Virus record (IMG/VR): IMGVR_UViG_3300034691_000060
Coordinates: 1-61,643 of that record
From: a virus
Direction: 5' to 3' (one strand)
DNA length: 61,643 nucleotides
Under the pieces are notes generated by a model. That model had not been told where the DNA came from. It did no database searches and saw nothing but the letters and a program-made list of their open reading frames with translations. Positions within the stretch are counted from its first letter, which is position 1. Each line of letters begins with the position of its first letter. The position numbers were made by a program, and so were the translations under genes. Below are positions 1 through 7,666 of the stretch, piece after piece.

Positions 1-127
1 GTGTTCCACGCGGATGCCTCGCGACATATTGGGAACTTGCATCCCGCCTTTCGGCGACGGCGGGTGCTGCTTTACGACCAGGTCTTTCGGATCGAGCATG
101 ACGATTACTCCACCGCAGCGGTCAGGT
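1..127. repeat. 127-bp exact overlap with the window end (61517..61643); circular-assembly junction
   Basis: First 127 nt read identical to last 127 nt. Unique unit is 61,516 bp. An operon runs across the junction: vWA stop at 105, next ATG at 99 (= 61615). Confidence 0.9.
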
Positions 128-1919
128 GCATGTCGCGCTTGCCGACGATCTCCGCCACCTTGACGAACGTGGTCTCGGCGAATTCGGTCAGGTTCTTGGT
201 CGTCACGTAGTTGGGGTAATAGTCCTTGACCGAATCGGTCATCAGCCCGATGCCGAACGTCTCGATGCCCATCTTCATCGCGGAGCGCACCACTTCCTTG
301 GTGTAGGATTGCAGCGCCACAGGATTGTCTCCCACGCAGCACGGCTGACCGTCGGACACCACGATCAGCAGCTTGCGTTTCTCGTAGCGCTTGTTGAGAT
401 CGAGCGCCGCCCAGACGATGGCATCGGGGTCGGCGTTGTTCTCGCCGACGAAGTCCGAGATCGCCATGAGCGAGCCGCGCGCCGCCGCCACGGTGTCTGT
501 CCACTCCTTGAATACGAACAGGCGCATCGCCTCGTAACGGGCAAACCCAAACCCGGTTGTCCGTATTGCGGCGCGCCTGCCCTCCTCCATGAACTTGGTG
601 TAGCGGCTGGCCAGCGACACCATGCTGCCGGCGGCATCCAAGGTCCGGAAGGTGTTGTCGAAGCCGACCACATGCACGGCGCAACCGATGCGCTCCAACA
701 CGATGGACAGCAGCGCCGTCACATCCCGTGCCAGGTCGACCTTCGAAGCCATCGAGCCGGACAGATCGATCAGGATGCTGACCGCCGTGTCGATCTCGGG
801 CGTCGCGGACCGGGTCTTGAACACCCGCTCCACCCCCTGTGCCGCTGCCACCAGGCGCTTGGAGTCCAGCCGCCCGACCGTGGCGCCGCCCGTCCACTCG
901 CGCTGCCGGTTGGCCAGCAAGGCCCGCTCCATGCGGCGGGAGATCACGCCGATCTTGCCGGACATGCGGGAGTAGAAGTCGGCCCACAGGCTCAGGCTTC
1001 CGCTCGCCATCTTGCGGGAGTACGCGTTGCCGTTGTCCCTGCGGTGGAACACCCGGTCGTACTCGGTCGTCCACACCAGGTAGTCGTTGCGCCCGGTGCG
1101 CTTGGTGCCACCCGCCGGCATGTGGCTATTCGGCAGGCTCTCCTTGCGGGCGGCATCGAAAATCGAGGCGGCTTTGCCGGGGCCGTCCATCTCGCTCTCC
1201 TCGCCCTCCTCCTCGCCCTCGCCCTCCGCTGAGGGCATGTCGGTGTCGCCGCCCTCGCCCTTGTCACCCTCACCCTCACCCTTGCCCTTGCCCTTGCCCT
1301 TGCGCTCCGGCATCTCCTTCGCCATCAGCCGAGCGACCTTGAGCACATCGGCCGACGACTCGCAGTCCAGCGCCTGCTTCACGAAGCGCTCCGCCAGGAC
1401 CAGGGTTTCCGTGTCGATCTTGTCGAGCACCGCCGCGGCATGCTCGCTCTCGATTCCGTAACGCTTGCGCCCCAGCAGCGCCGCCGCCAGGGGCAGCAGC
1501 TGGCCCGACGCCTTGAGCATGGCGAACGGCTGGTCCGCGATTAGCTCCGCCGTCTTGCGGTACGACGCACCCAGCGTGTCCTTGGCGCCGGGGTACAGGG
1601 CGATGTAGCCACGCTCCACCCGCAAGTCCTCCAACGCATCCAGCGCCACGGTCAGGGTGCCGCTGGGGTCCTCGCGCTGCGCCTGCTTCAGCACAGCGAT
1701 GTCGCTCTGCCGGATGTGCGCATCCTCGTGATCGATGTACCCACGATGGATGTCGACCTCCGCCTCCGTCATCTCCCCGCCCAGCGGGAGCGGCGGCACA
1801 TAGATCGTGTCGCCGTCGGTCTGCGGGACCGTGCCGTGGAACACCACCTTGCCCTTGGGCTTGCGACCCAGGGTCTTACTCACGCCCGTCGCCTCGGCTG
1901 CATACCTGTCGTTTCTCAT
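105..1919 (-). CDS. vWA-domain protein, CobT/NorD-like partner of the upstream AAA+ ATPase
   Basis: 604-aa ORF. MIDAS-type DxSxS motif (ILIDLSGSMAS). Gly/Lys/Glu low-complexity insert (KGKGKGKGEGEGD...EEGEESE). Sits directly downstream of the AAA+ gene. Confidence 0.85.
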   Translation of the reverse strand: MRNDRYAAEATGVSKTLGRKPKGKVVFHGTVPQTDGDTIYVPPLPLGGEMTEAEVDIHRGYIDHEDAHIRQSDIAVLKQAQREDPSGTLTVALDALEDLRVERGYIALYPGAKDTLGASYRKTAELIADQPFAMLKASGQLLPLAAALLGRKRYGIESEHAAAVLDKIDTETLVLAERFVKQALDCESSADVLKVARLMAKEMPERKGKGKGKGEGEGDKGEGGDTDMPSAEGEGEEEGEESEMDGPGKAASIFDAARKESLPNSHMPAGGTKRTGRNDYLVWTTEYDRVFHRRDNGNAYSRKMASGSLSLWADFYSRMSGKIGVISRRMERALLANRQREWTGGATVGRLDSKRLVAAAQGVERVFKTRSATPEIDTAVSILIDLSGSMASKVDLARDVTALLSIVLERIGCAVHVVGFDNTFRTLDAAGSMVSLASRYTKFMEEGRRAAIRTTGFGFARYEAMRLFVFKEWTDTVAAARGSLMAISDFVGENNADPDAIVWAALDLNKRYEKRKLLIVVSDGQPCCVGDNPVALQSYTKEVVRSAMKMGIETFGIGLMTDSVKDYYPNYVTTKNLTEFAETTFVKVAEIVGKRDMHLTAAVE

Positions 1920-1944
1920 GGCCCCAACCTCGTTGCTCGTTCAT

Positions 1945-1968
1945 CGAAAACCCCGAGTCCCTTCGGGG
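1945..1968 (-). terminator. hairpin plus U4 between the AAA+ and vWA genes (possible attenuator)
   Basis: Minus strand reads CCCCGA-AGGGAC-TCGGGG followed by UUUUCG. It contains copy 1 of the gene-boundary motif. Confidence 0.4.
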
Positions 1969-1983
1969 CGTGTGTCGTCGTGC

Positions 1984-3192
1984 CTACCCCAGCGCCCTCA
2001 CGGCAATGCCTTCCAGCACGGTGGCATCCTGCGCACTCGCCGCATTCAGCACGGTGGATTCGAGCGCCGCCTTCAATGCCTTGGCTTCGTCCTCGAAGAT
2101 CGGAAACAGAAACGCATACGCCCGGCCCATCGACACGATATTGCGGGGGCTCAGCGGGTGCATGATCTGCGCCGATTGGAACGCCTCCCGATGCTCCGCC
2201 ACGTAGCGCATCATTCGGGTGACGATGTGCTCCGGCAGCGACGGCACCCGGGACTTGAGCAGCTTCGCTTCCTGATCGACGTGCATGTAATCCACATGCA
2301 CCCAGGTCTGAAAGCGATTGAGAAAGGCAGCGCTCTGCACTCGTGCCCCGGGGTACAGCCCGGTATCGTCGCCGCCGCCCTTGGTATTCGCCGTCGCCAC
2401 GATGCGGCTGTAACGATGCGGCTGCACCAGGCGACCACCGTCCTCCGCCAACAGCAGGCCCTTCTCGTCCAGCGCCCGCTGCAAAACGTACATCACATCG
2501 GGTCGGCCGAAGTCGACCTCGTCCATGCAGATAATCGCCGGCTGCGCAATCCACTGCGGCAACACGCCCTCCACGAAGCGAGAGACTTGCTGCCCCGCAT
2601 CGTTCACCACCAGCGTGTCGCGGCCCATCAGATCCATTCGGCCGATCTCGCTGTCCATGCTGATCACGATGGTCGGCCAGTTCAGGCGAGCGGCAATTGC
2701 TTCGACCAGCGAGGTCTTGCCCACACCGGTATGCCCATGCAGCCAAGGCCGGCTGTTGTGCAGCAGCCCCATGAGCACGGGCAGCAGGGAGTTGGGCCGG
2801 AACACGTAGTCCGGATCGAGCGGCGGCACATTCGGGTGCGCCCCGTCCCACCTGAACACGGGGACCTCGAACTTGAGCATGTCCTTCGCCTTGACCAGCC
2901 CCAGCGCCGACCACGCCGGCACCATCTCGACGCCCAGCAACGCCGGGATCTCGCCGCTCGCCGCCATCGTCACCGGCGCTACCGGCACGGAGCGGGCCGA
3001 CTCCAGCTCGCCCAGCACGGCAGCCAGCTTGTCGGACAGCGACTCGTTCTGGTCTTCCAGCTGCCGGAACGCCTCCTCGAATTCGTTGATGGGCGCCAGC
3101 CCGGCCAGCTTCAGCACGCCATTGACGGTGGCGATGTCGATCCCCTTGCCGACGGAAGTGGACGGACGGGCAACGGCGGGTTTCTTAGCCAT
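1984..3192 (-). CDS. AAA+ ATPase, MoxR/CobS-like
   Basis: Walker A GHTGVGKTS, Walker B IICMDEVD, MoxR-like length (402 aa). Start chosen at MAKKPAV, preceded by AAGAGAACGCATC. Confidence 0.85.
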   Translation of the reverse strand: MAKKPAVARPSTSVGKGIDIATVNGVLKLAGLAPINEFEEAFRQLEDQNESLSDKLAAVLGELESARSVPVAPVTMAASGEIPALLGVEMVPAWSALGLVKAKDMLKFEVPVFRWDGAHPNVPPLDPDYVFRPNSLLPVLMGLLHNSRPWLHGHTGVGKTSLVEAIAARLNWPTIVISMDSEIGRMDLMGRDTLVVNDAGQQVSRFVEGVLPQWIAQPAIICMDEVDFGRPDVMYVLQRALDEKGLLLAEDGGRLVQPHRYSRIVATANTKGGGDDTGLYPGARVQSAAFLNRFQTWVHVDYMHVDQEAKLLKSRVPSLPEHIVTRMMRYVAEHREAFQSAQIMHPLSPRNIVSMGRAYAFLFPIFEDEAKALKAALESTVLNAASAQDATVLEGIAVRALG

Positions 3193-3223
3193 GATGCGTT
3201 CTCTTGTGTGTGTCGAAATGGAA

Positions 3224-3248
3224 AGGCCGGAGCGGTTTGCCCCGGCCT
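3224..3248 (-). terminator. GC-rich hairpin followed by a U-rich tract
   Basis: Minus strand AGGCCGG-GGCAAACCGCT-CCGGCCU then UUCCAUUUCG, between the stop at 3281 and the start at 3192. Confidence 0.45.
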
Positions 3249-3280
3249 CGGTTCGCCCTCTCCCTTCGGGGCGGGTGTCG

Positions 3281-3670
3281 TTACGCCTCCGCCCTGACGA
3301 CGCGCCGGTCGACGAAAGCGAAGCCGGCATACTTGTTCCGCGTGGCTTCGTCCTTCATCGCCAGCAGATACGCATGCAATTCGGGAACGGCTTTCCCCTC
3401 GGCATCTTTCATCGCGGCATAGCACTCCACCACCAACGCGCTTCCATGCTCGGAATACGAAAGCTCGCCCTTGCAGATTCCGCAGCACGCCTTCTTCGCC
3501 TTCTCCGCGCTGCGAATCGCCTCCTCGCTCAGGATCCCGCTGTGATGGTCCGAAGCCCAGGCCACATGCCGCGGGGTGATGCAATACGGATGCGGCACGG
3601 CAATCGAATCCGCCGCCAGCTTGAAGTTGCCGTGCTCGCTCGCCTCGGGATAGGTGCCTTGGATGCTCAT
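3281..3670 (-). CDS. hypothetical protein (129 aa)
   Basis: ORF tail from MSIQGTYPE. ATGA overlap with the upstream stop at 3667. No recognisable motif. Confidence 0.65.
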   Translation of the reverse strand: MSIQGTYPEASEHGNFKLAADSIAVPHPYCITPRHVAWASDHHSGILSEEAIRSAEKAKKACCGICKGELSYSEHGSALVVECYAAMKDAEGKAVPELHAYLLAMKDEATRNKYAGFAFVDRRVVRAEA

Positions 3671-3858
3671 TCGCTTGCTCCTGTGACGCGCCGATTCCAG
3701 TAGAGGCCGGCGCCAATCTCGTTGGATTCCAGGCGGCACCCGCATTCCTCGCAGTCCACAATGCAAGACTGCCGCGGGGTCCCGATTCGGTCGATCTGCG
3801 CCGCCCCTCCGCAGAACGGGCAGGGCAGCAGCGGCGGGAACAGCGAACCGTTGCTCAT
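3667..3858 (-). CDS. Lar-family-like zinc-ribbon protein (restriction alleviation-like)
   Basis: 63 aa. CPFCGG...C..C zinc ribbon and C-terminal WNRR, as in the Lar family. ATGA coupling on both sides. Confidence 0.65.
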   Translation of the reverse strand: MSNGSLFPPLLPCPFCGGAAQIDRIGTPRQSCIVDCEECGCRLESNEIGAGLYWNRRVTGASE

Positions 3859-4205
3859 GCCGCCGCCCCCTTCGCCGCAAACGCATTGATCTTGTCGAGC
3901 AACGCCTTCGCCTTGGGGTCGCTCAACGCCTGCCGATGCAGCGCCGCCACCGTGGACGCCAGCGACTTGGTCTCGTTCGCCTGCTCCTTGCCGTGTGCCA
4001 GCGCCAGAGTCAGCGCCTCCACGAAGCTGGCGCCGCCCTCCGGGTGCCCCTTCAACAGCATCGCCACCAGCGTTTTGCTGGGAATGCGCACCGTCTTCCT
4101 CGCACTCAGCTCGGCAATGGCCACCGGAATCGGGACCTCGCCGGCATCCAGTAGGGCTGCCACTTCCAACGCCGTCTTGCCTGCCGTCATCTGCTTCTCG
4201 CTCAT
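3855..4205 (-). CDS. hypothetical protein (116 aa)
   Basis: Starts MSEKQMTAGK, preceded by GGAGACAAGCA. ATGA overlap with the upstream gene. Confidence 0.65.
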   Translation of the reverse strand: MSEKQMTAGKTALEVAALLDAGEVPIPVAIAELSARKTVRIPSKTLVAMLLKGHPEGGASFVEALTLALAHGKEQANETKSLASTVAALHRQALSDPKAKALLDKINAFAAKGAAA

Positions 4206-5080
4206 TGCTTGTCTCCAGGGTTGTCGATGTCCAGCCCGTCTCCCTTCGGGGCGTGTGTCTCGTTCGGCAGCGGCGCCTCGGCGATGTACAAGCCCCGCTT
4301 GTCCGCCTCGATCAAGCACATCACCGCCAACAGGTGCGCTCCGGTCTTCTCGTTCTCGGCATAGCGTGCCGTCAAGTCGTCGTCGCGCAGCTCGGCCAGC
4401 TCCTCGTGGTACGCATAGATCCCGCCCGGATCGAGCGTCGCCATCTCGCAGCGCGCCGGCAGCAGGTTCAACGCGTCGGCAATCAGCCGAGCGTTCTTCT
4501 CGCTGTCGCACAGCGCCACTGTCTCGTACCTGCCGCACGCCAGCACCACCCGATGCTTCGGCAGCTTCATCGGCAGCTCGCCGGAGATGACGGAGTACGG
4601 TCCGACCGTATACGGGCGCCCCTCCCGAGCCATTGCCTCGCGCCACGCCTGAGTGCGGTGCCGCTGCATGTCCTCGAGGAAGCGAATCATCCGCGGCCTG
4701 AGATACGTGTCGCGCACCCGCTCCACCACGCAGCAGCTGCCGTTGTGATGCTCCTCCCAGCGCCGGCACCGCGACGAGTAGCCAATCATGTCCCGCACGA
4801 AGCGATACAGATTCTCCGCCTCGTTACGCCCAGCCTCGAACGAGAACGGCGCCGAGTCGAGTAGCTCGCGCTGGCTCATGGCGAACAGGTCGGACTTGCC
4901 TCGTGCGTCCAGCACCGTCACCGTGTCGGCCAGTGCCCGCTGCAAAGTGCGCTGGTTAATACTGGCGGCCAGCCAACCCCGGGTGTACTCCATGCCATGG
5001 ACCGGGAAGTCCGGCGGCGAGTAGGCCAGCCCCTGCTCGTAGTCCCTGTGCCCGTCGGTCTCGAAGCTGCTCTCGCTCAT
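4202..5080 (-). CDS. hypothetical protein (292 aa)
   Basis: Long ORF with start MSESSFETDG in ATGA overlap with the upstream stop at 5077. The gene-boundary motif lies inside its last 20 codons. Confidence 0.7.
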   Translation of the reverse strand: MSESSFETDGHRDYEQGLAYSPPDFPVHGMEYTRGWLAASINQRTLQRALADTVTVLDARGKSDLFAMSQRELLDSAPFSFEAGRNEAENLYRFVRDMIGYSSRCRRWEEHHNGSCCVVERVRDTYLRPRMIRFLEDMQRHRTQAWREAMAREGRPYTVGPYSVISGELPMKLPKHRVVLACGRYETVALCDSEKNARLIADALNLLPARCEMATLDPGGIYAYHEELAELRDDDLTARYAENEKTGAHLLAVMCLIEADKRGLYIAEAPLPNETHAPKGDGLDIDNPGDKQ

Positions 5081-5271
5081 CGGTCGCCTCCGTAAACGCA
5101 AACGCAATCCACAATGACCAGCTCCGCACTCTGTGCGTCCTCGTCGTCAAGCAGCACCACGCCTTGCTCGTAGTCCGCCTCGAGGATCTCGATGTTGCCG
5201 TCGTTGACGTAGGTCAGGCCCTGCACGAAACCGCATAGGGCAACCGCCGATCCAGTGACTCGTACTCTCAT
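5077..5271 (-). CDS. hypothetical protein (64 aa)
   Basis: MRVRVTGSAV.... ATGA overlaps at both ends. Confidence 0.55.
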   Translation of the reverse strand: MRVRVTGSAVALCGFVQGLTYVNDGNIEILEADYEQGVVLLDDEDAQSAELVIVDCVCVYGGDR

Positions 5272-5591
5272 GCCGCGATCTCCTTGAGCGACCGCTCGCT
5301 CAGCTTGTAAATGCGAAAGGCCACGAAGCTGTCCTCCGGGCGCACCGTGCGGAACCCGTCCAGCAGAAAGCCCTGAGCCACCAGCTGCGGCCCCAACTCC
5401 TCGGCAAAGTCGTTGTCCAGTGCCATCTCGTTCGCACGGAGCGGCGAATCGGCCAGGTTGACGCTGGCCTTGAGCACAGGCGACTTGTCCTCCGCGTCCA
5501 GGAAGACCAGCGCCGGCCTCCCGTTGCTGTACTGCGCCCAATGGTTGGTGCAGGTATACGTCGTGCCGTAAATCGTCACCGTCGTCGTCAT
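5268..5591 (-). CDS. hypothetical protein (107 aa)
   Basis: MTTTVTIYGT..., preceded by CACACACAGGAGATCGAG. Confidence 0.65.
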   Translation of the reverse strand: MTTTVTIYGTTYTCTNHWAQYSNGRPALVFLDAEDKSPVLKASVNLADSPLRANEMALDNDFAEELGPQLVAQGFLLDGFRTVRPEDSFVAFRIYKLSERSLKEIAA

Positions 5592-5664
5592 CTCGATCTC
5601 CTGTGTGTGAAGCCGGCCCGGAGCGAGCCGACTGGACGCCTCCTCCCTTCGGGGCGCGTGTCGC

Positions 5665-5799
5665 TCAGCGACAGCCACCCCACGCGCACGCATCCTTGCG
5701 CCCCTGTGCCTCGATGTGGGCCCCCCACACCCACGCCCCGCCCAACACCAGCGCTGCCACCACCACGCCCACTGCCAACCATCTCGCGTCGCCTTTCAT
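5665..5799 (-). CDS. small single-pass membrane peptide (44 aa)
   Basis: MKGDARWLAVGVVVAALVLGGAWVWG.... Leader AACACACACAGGAGAGGCGAC. Stop followed by the boundary motif. Confidence 0.5.
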   Translation of the reverse strand: MKGDARWLAVGVVVAALVLGGAWVWGAHIEAQGRKDACAWGGCR

Positions 5800-5818
5800 G
5801 TCGCCTCTCCTGTGTGTG

Positions 5819-5953
5819 TTAAAGCCCAGCCAACCCGCACGCAGCGCACCCCTGAAGACGCGCCGCCACCCGCCCAAGATCCGCCACCGCGAAGTTCACG
5901 CAGCCAGCCACCAAGCCCGCCGCCAACGCCAACGCCAAGACACGCGCCGCCAT
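5819..5953 (-). CDS. small lipoprotein (44 aa), below the ORF-track size cut-off
   Basis: Manual translation: MAARVLALALAAGLVAGCVNFAVADLGRVAARLQGCAACGLAGL. Lipobox LVAG|C. SD-like GGGGGA 7 nt upstream. Confidence 0.5.
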   Translation of the reverse strand: MAARVLALALAAGLVAGCVNFAVADLGRVAARLQGCAACGLAGL

Positions 5954-6056
5954 CGCCCGATCCCCCTTTTCCTACTGCCCTCTTCGTGTTCTCGACACGC
6001 AGACAAGCGAAAGCCCAGGCCACCCACACGGGCAGCCCAGGCCAGCGATCCCGGGA

Positions 6057-6341
6057 CTACAGCGCAGCCAAGTAGCCGTGCTCGGTCACCGTCAAGCCAA
6101 TGGGCGCCAGGTCGTGCCGCAGCGCCTCAAGCGTCGGCCAGACCTTCGCGCCTTGACGCGTCGTCCACAGGTCTTCCAGCCGAGGGTGCGGCTTCGAGAC
6201 GGGGGCAATCACCACCACGCAGCGCGTCCGGTCGCGCTTCTCGGGCACGGCAAAGGCACGCCAGCCGGACAGCGGGTCCACGGCCTTGCGGTTCTTGAGC
6301 GAGCGAGCGGCCTTGAGCGAACGAAGCGAACGAGTAGCCAT
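6057..6341 (-). CDS. hypothetical protein (94 aa)
   Basis: MATRSLRSLK.... Leader CACACACACTGGAGACACACAC. Confidence 0.6.
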   Translation of the reverse strand: MATRSLRSLKAARSLKNRKAVDPLSGWRAFAVPEKRDRTRCVVVIAPVSKPHPRLEDLWTTRQGAKVWPTLEALRHDLAPIGLTVTEHGYLAAL

Positions 6342-6408
6342 GTGTGTGTCTCCAGTGTGTGTGTCAGCGGCGCCCGGAACCCCGAGCGCCACGCCTGCCC
6401 CGCCTGCC

Positions 6409-6831
6409 TCAGCCCGCAATCTCCGCCAGCCGGGTCACCAGCTTGAACATCGCCCCAGCGACTTCAGCCACCTCACGGAGCTTGTCGGCGTCGTTCGCCG
6501 CCCGAGCCTGCCCCGTGGTCGGACGCTCGGCACCCGCCGTCTCGCGCTGGTTACGCAGTGCGGCCTTGCGCTTGTCGAGTGCGGCGCCCTTGAGCGCCTT
6601 GCCGTTTTTGTCCAACAGCACATCGCCGTGCACCGGCGCCGGCTTGACCTTCGCTTTCGCCGTGTCGCCCGAACCCGTCAAGGCGTCGTAGAGCGCCTGA
6701 CTCGGAGCGCGCAACTTGTCTTTGGTCTCGAAGTAGGCCACGACAGCCGCGGAGGTCGTGAGCCCGGACGCCAGCATGGTGCGCAGCTCGGAAGCGGTCT
6801 TGCCGTTCAATTGGGTGGTGGTCTTCGCCAT
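6409..6831 (-). CDS. hypothetical protein (140 aa)
   Basis: MAKTTTQLNGK.... Leader AACACACACTGGAGACACGATC. Confidence 0.65.
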   Translation of the reverse strand: MAKTTTQLNGKTASELRTMLASGLTTSAAVVAYFETKDKLRAPSQALYDALTGSGDTAKAKVKPAPVHGDVLLDKNGKALKGAALDKRKAALRNQRETAGAERPTTGQARAANDADKLREVAEVAGAMFKLVTRLAEIAG

Positions 6832-6908
6832 GATCGTGTCTCCAGTGTGTGTTGGGACCGCCGGACAATCCGACGATCTGCCGTCTCGTTCCCTTCGGTG
6901 TGTGTGTC

Positions 6909-7010
6909 CTATGCCTGCCCAGTCGTGTAGGCCCAGATCGCAACGCCCAGCGTGCCAAGGCCGAACAGGACAAACGCAATCTCGCAAGCCGTGAATAGCG
7001 CGTCGTACAT
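6909..7010 (-). CDS. small hydrophobic membrane peptide (33 aa)
   Basis: MYDALFTACEIAFVLFGLGTLGVAIWAYTTGQA. Leader GGGAGACACACCC. First gene of the minus-strand block. Confidence 0.45.
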   Translation of the reverse strand: MYDALFTACEIAFVLFGLGTLGVAIWAYTTGQA

Positions 7011-7123
7011 GGGTGTGTCTCCCGTGGTGCCGCCGGACAGCCCGACGACTCGCCGCCTAGTTCCCTTCGGGTTGCGTGCCTGTGCGTACGCGTCGCCTGC
7101 CTGCGTCGTGTTACGTGCGAGCG

Positions 7124-7171
7124 ATAAGCCTGGCCTTATGCCGTCGGATCGGGACATAAGCTGGGCCTTAT
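7124..7171. promoter_or_regulatory. two operator-like palindromes ATAAG-N6-CTTAT, 32 bp centre to centre
   Basis: ATAAGCCTGGCCTTATGC at 7124 and ATAAGCTGGGCCTTATGC at 7156, in the divergent intergenic region. Confidence 0.45.
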
Positions 7172-7461
7172 GCGGGGCGTGCGCGTTACGCCTGTGAGCG
7201 TTGGGTGGATAACGCTTTGGAGTTTTCGGTTCGCAAAATTTCCGTGTGTCGTACGCAATCACGTACGCGAGGGAGGGCCTGGGTTAGGGGATACCCACAG
7301 CGGCGAGGCAGGCACGTGGGGGGGTGGGCCTCATGCCGGCGCGGGTCCCATCGCAGTCGACTCTCTTTCTGTCCCCCCAGAAAAATTCCCCCATTGCGTC
7401 GAAAACAGCCCAGCCGAACCCGTTGAGCCTGGACGTAGGCGGGGGCGGAGGTTTGGCGTGT

Positions 7462-7495
7462 GGGAGGGGGAGGAAGAGAAGAGGGAGGGGGAAAG
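7462..7495 (+). repeat. 34-nt pure homopurine tract (near-mirror repeat)
   Basis: GGGAGGGGGAGGAAGAGAAGAGGGAGGGGGAAAG, read directly. Confidence 0.8.
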
Positions 7496-7623
7496 TAGAA
7501 GATGATCCGAGTTGTCCGGCCCTCGTCCCGAGGCCTACCGATGTTAGGAATGTATAGGGAAGAAATTTGTAACGCTTACGGATCATGGGCTTAACCCCCC
7601 TACCCCCTACCCATACCTACGAG

Positions 7624-7629
7624 TATAAT
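7624..7629 (+). promoter_or_regulatory. perfect TATAAT hexamer 38 nt upstream of the first plus-strand gene
   Basis: TATAAT in a low-GC patch. No convincing -35 (TACCCC). Confidence 0.3.
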
Positions 7630-7666
7630 CGCGTTTCTTTACAACAAAAACGCATTGAGGACGGGA

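Noticed and set aside
1-127. Biological direct terminal repeat.
   Set aside because: An overlap of exactly 127 nt is more simply explained as an assembler k-mer overlap. The overlap also cuts through an operon and a coding sequence.
126-1232. 368-aa plus-strand ORF antisense to the vWA gene. Similar shadow ORFs occur at 1807..3297 (+) and 1916..2914 (-).
   Set aside because: The composition is that of a shadow ORF. The opposite-strand or other-frame ORF carries the MIDAS and Walker motifs.
7284-7586. 100-aa minus-strand ORF in the divergent control region. ORFs 7170..7505 (+) and 7585..8313 (+) were also considered.
   Set aside because: There is no SD/CA leader. The translation runs through the homopurine tract (poly-Pro/Leu), and the composition is atypical. 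I treat the region as regulatory rather than coding, though a small conserved gene cannot be excluded.
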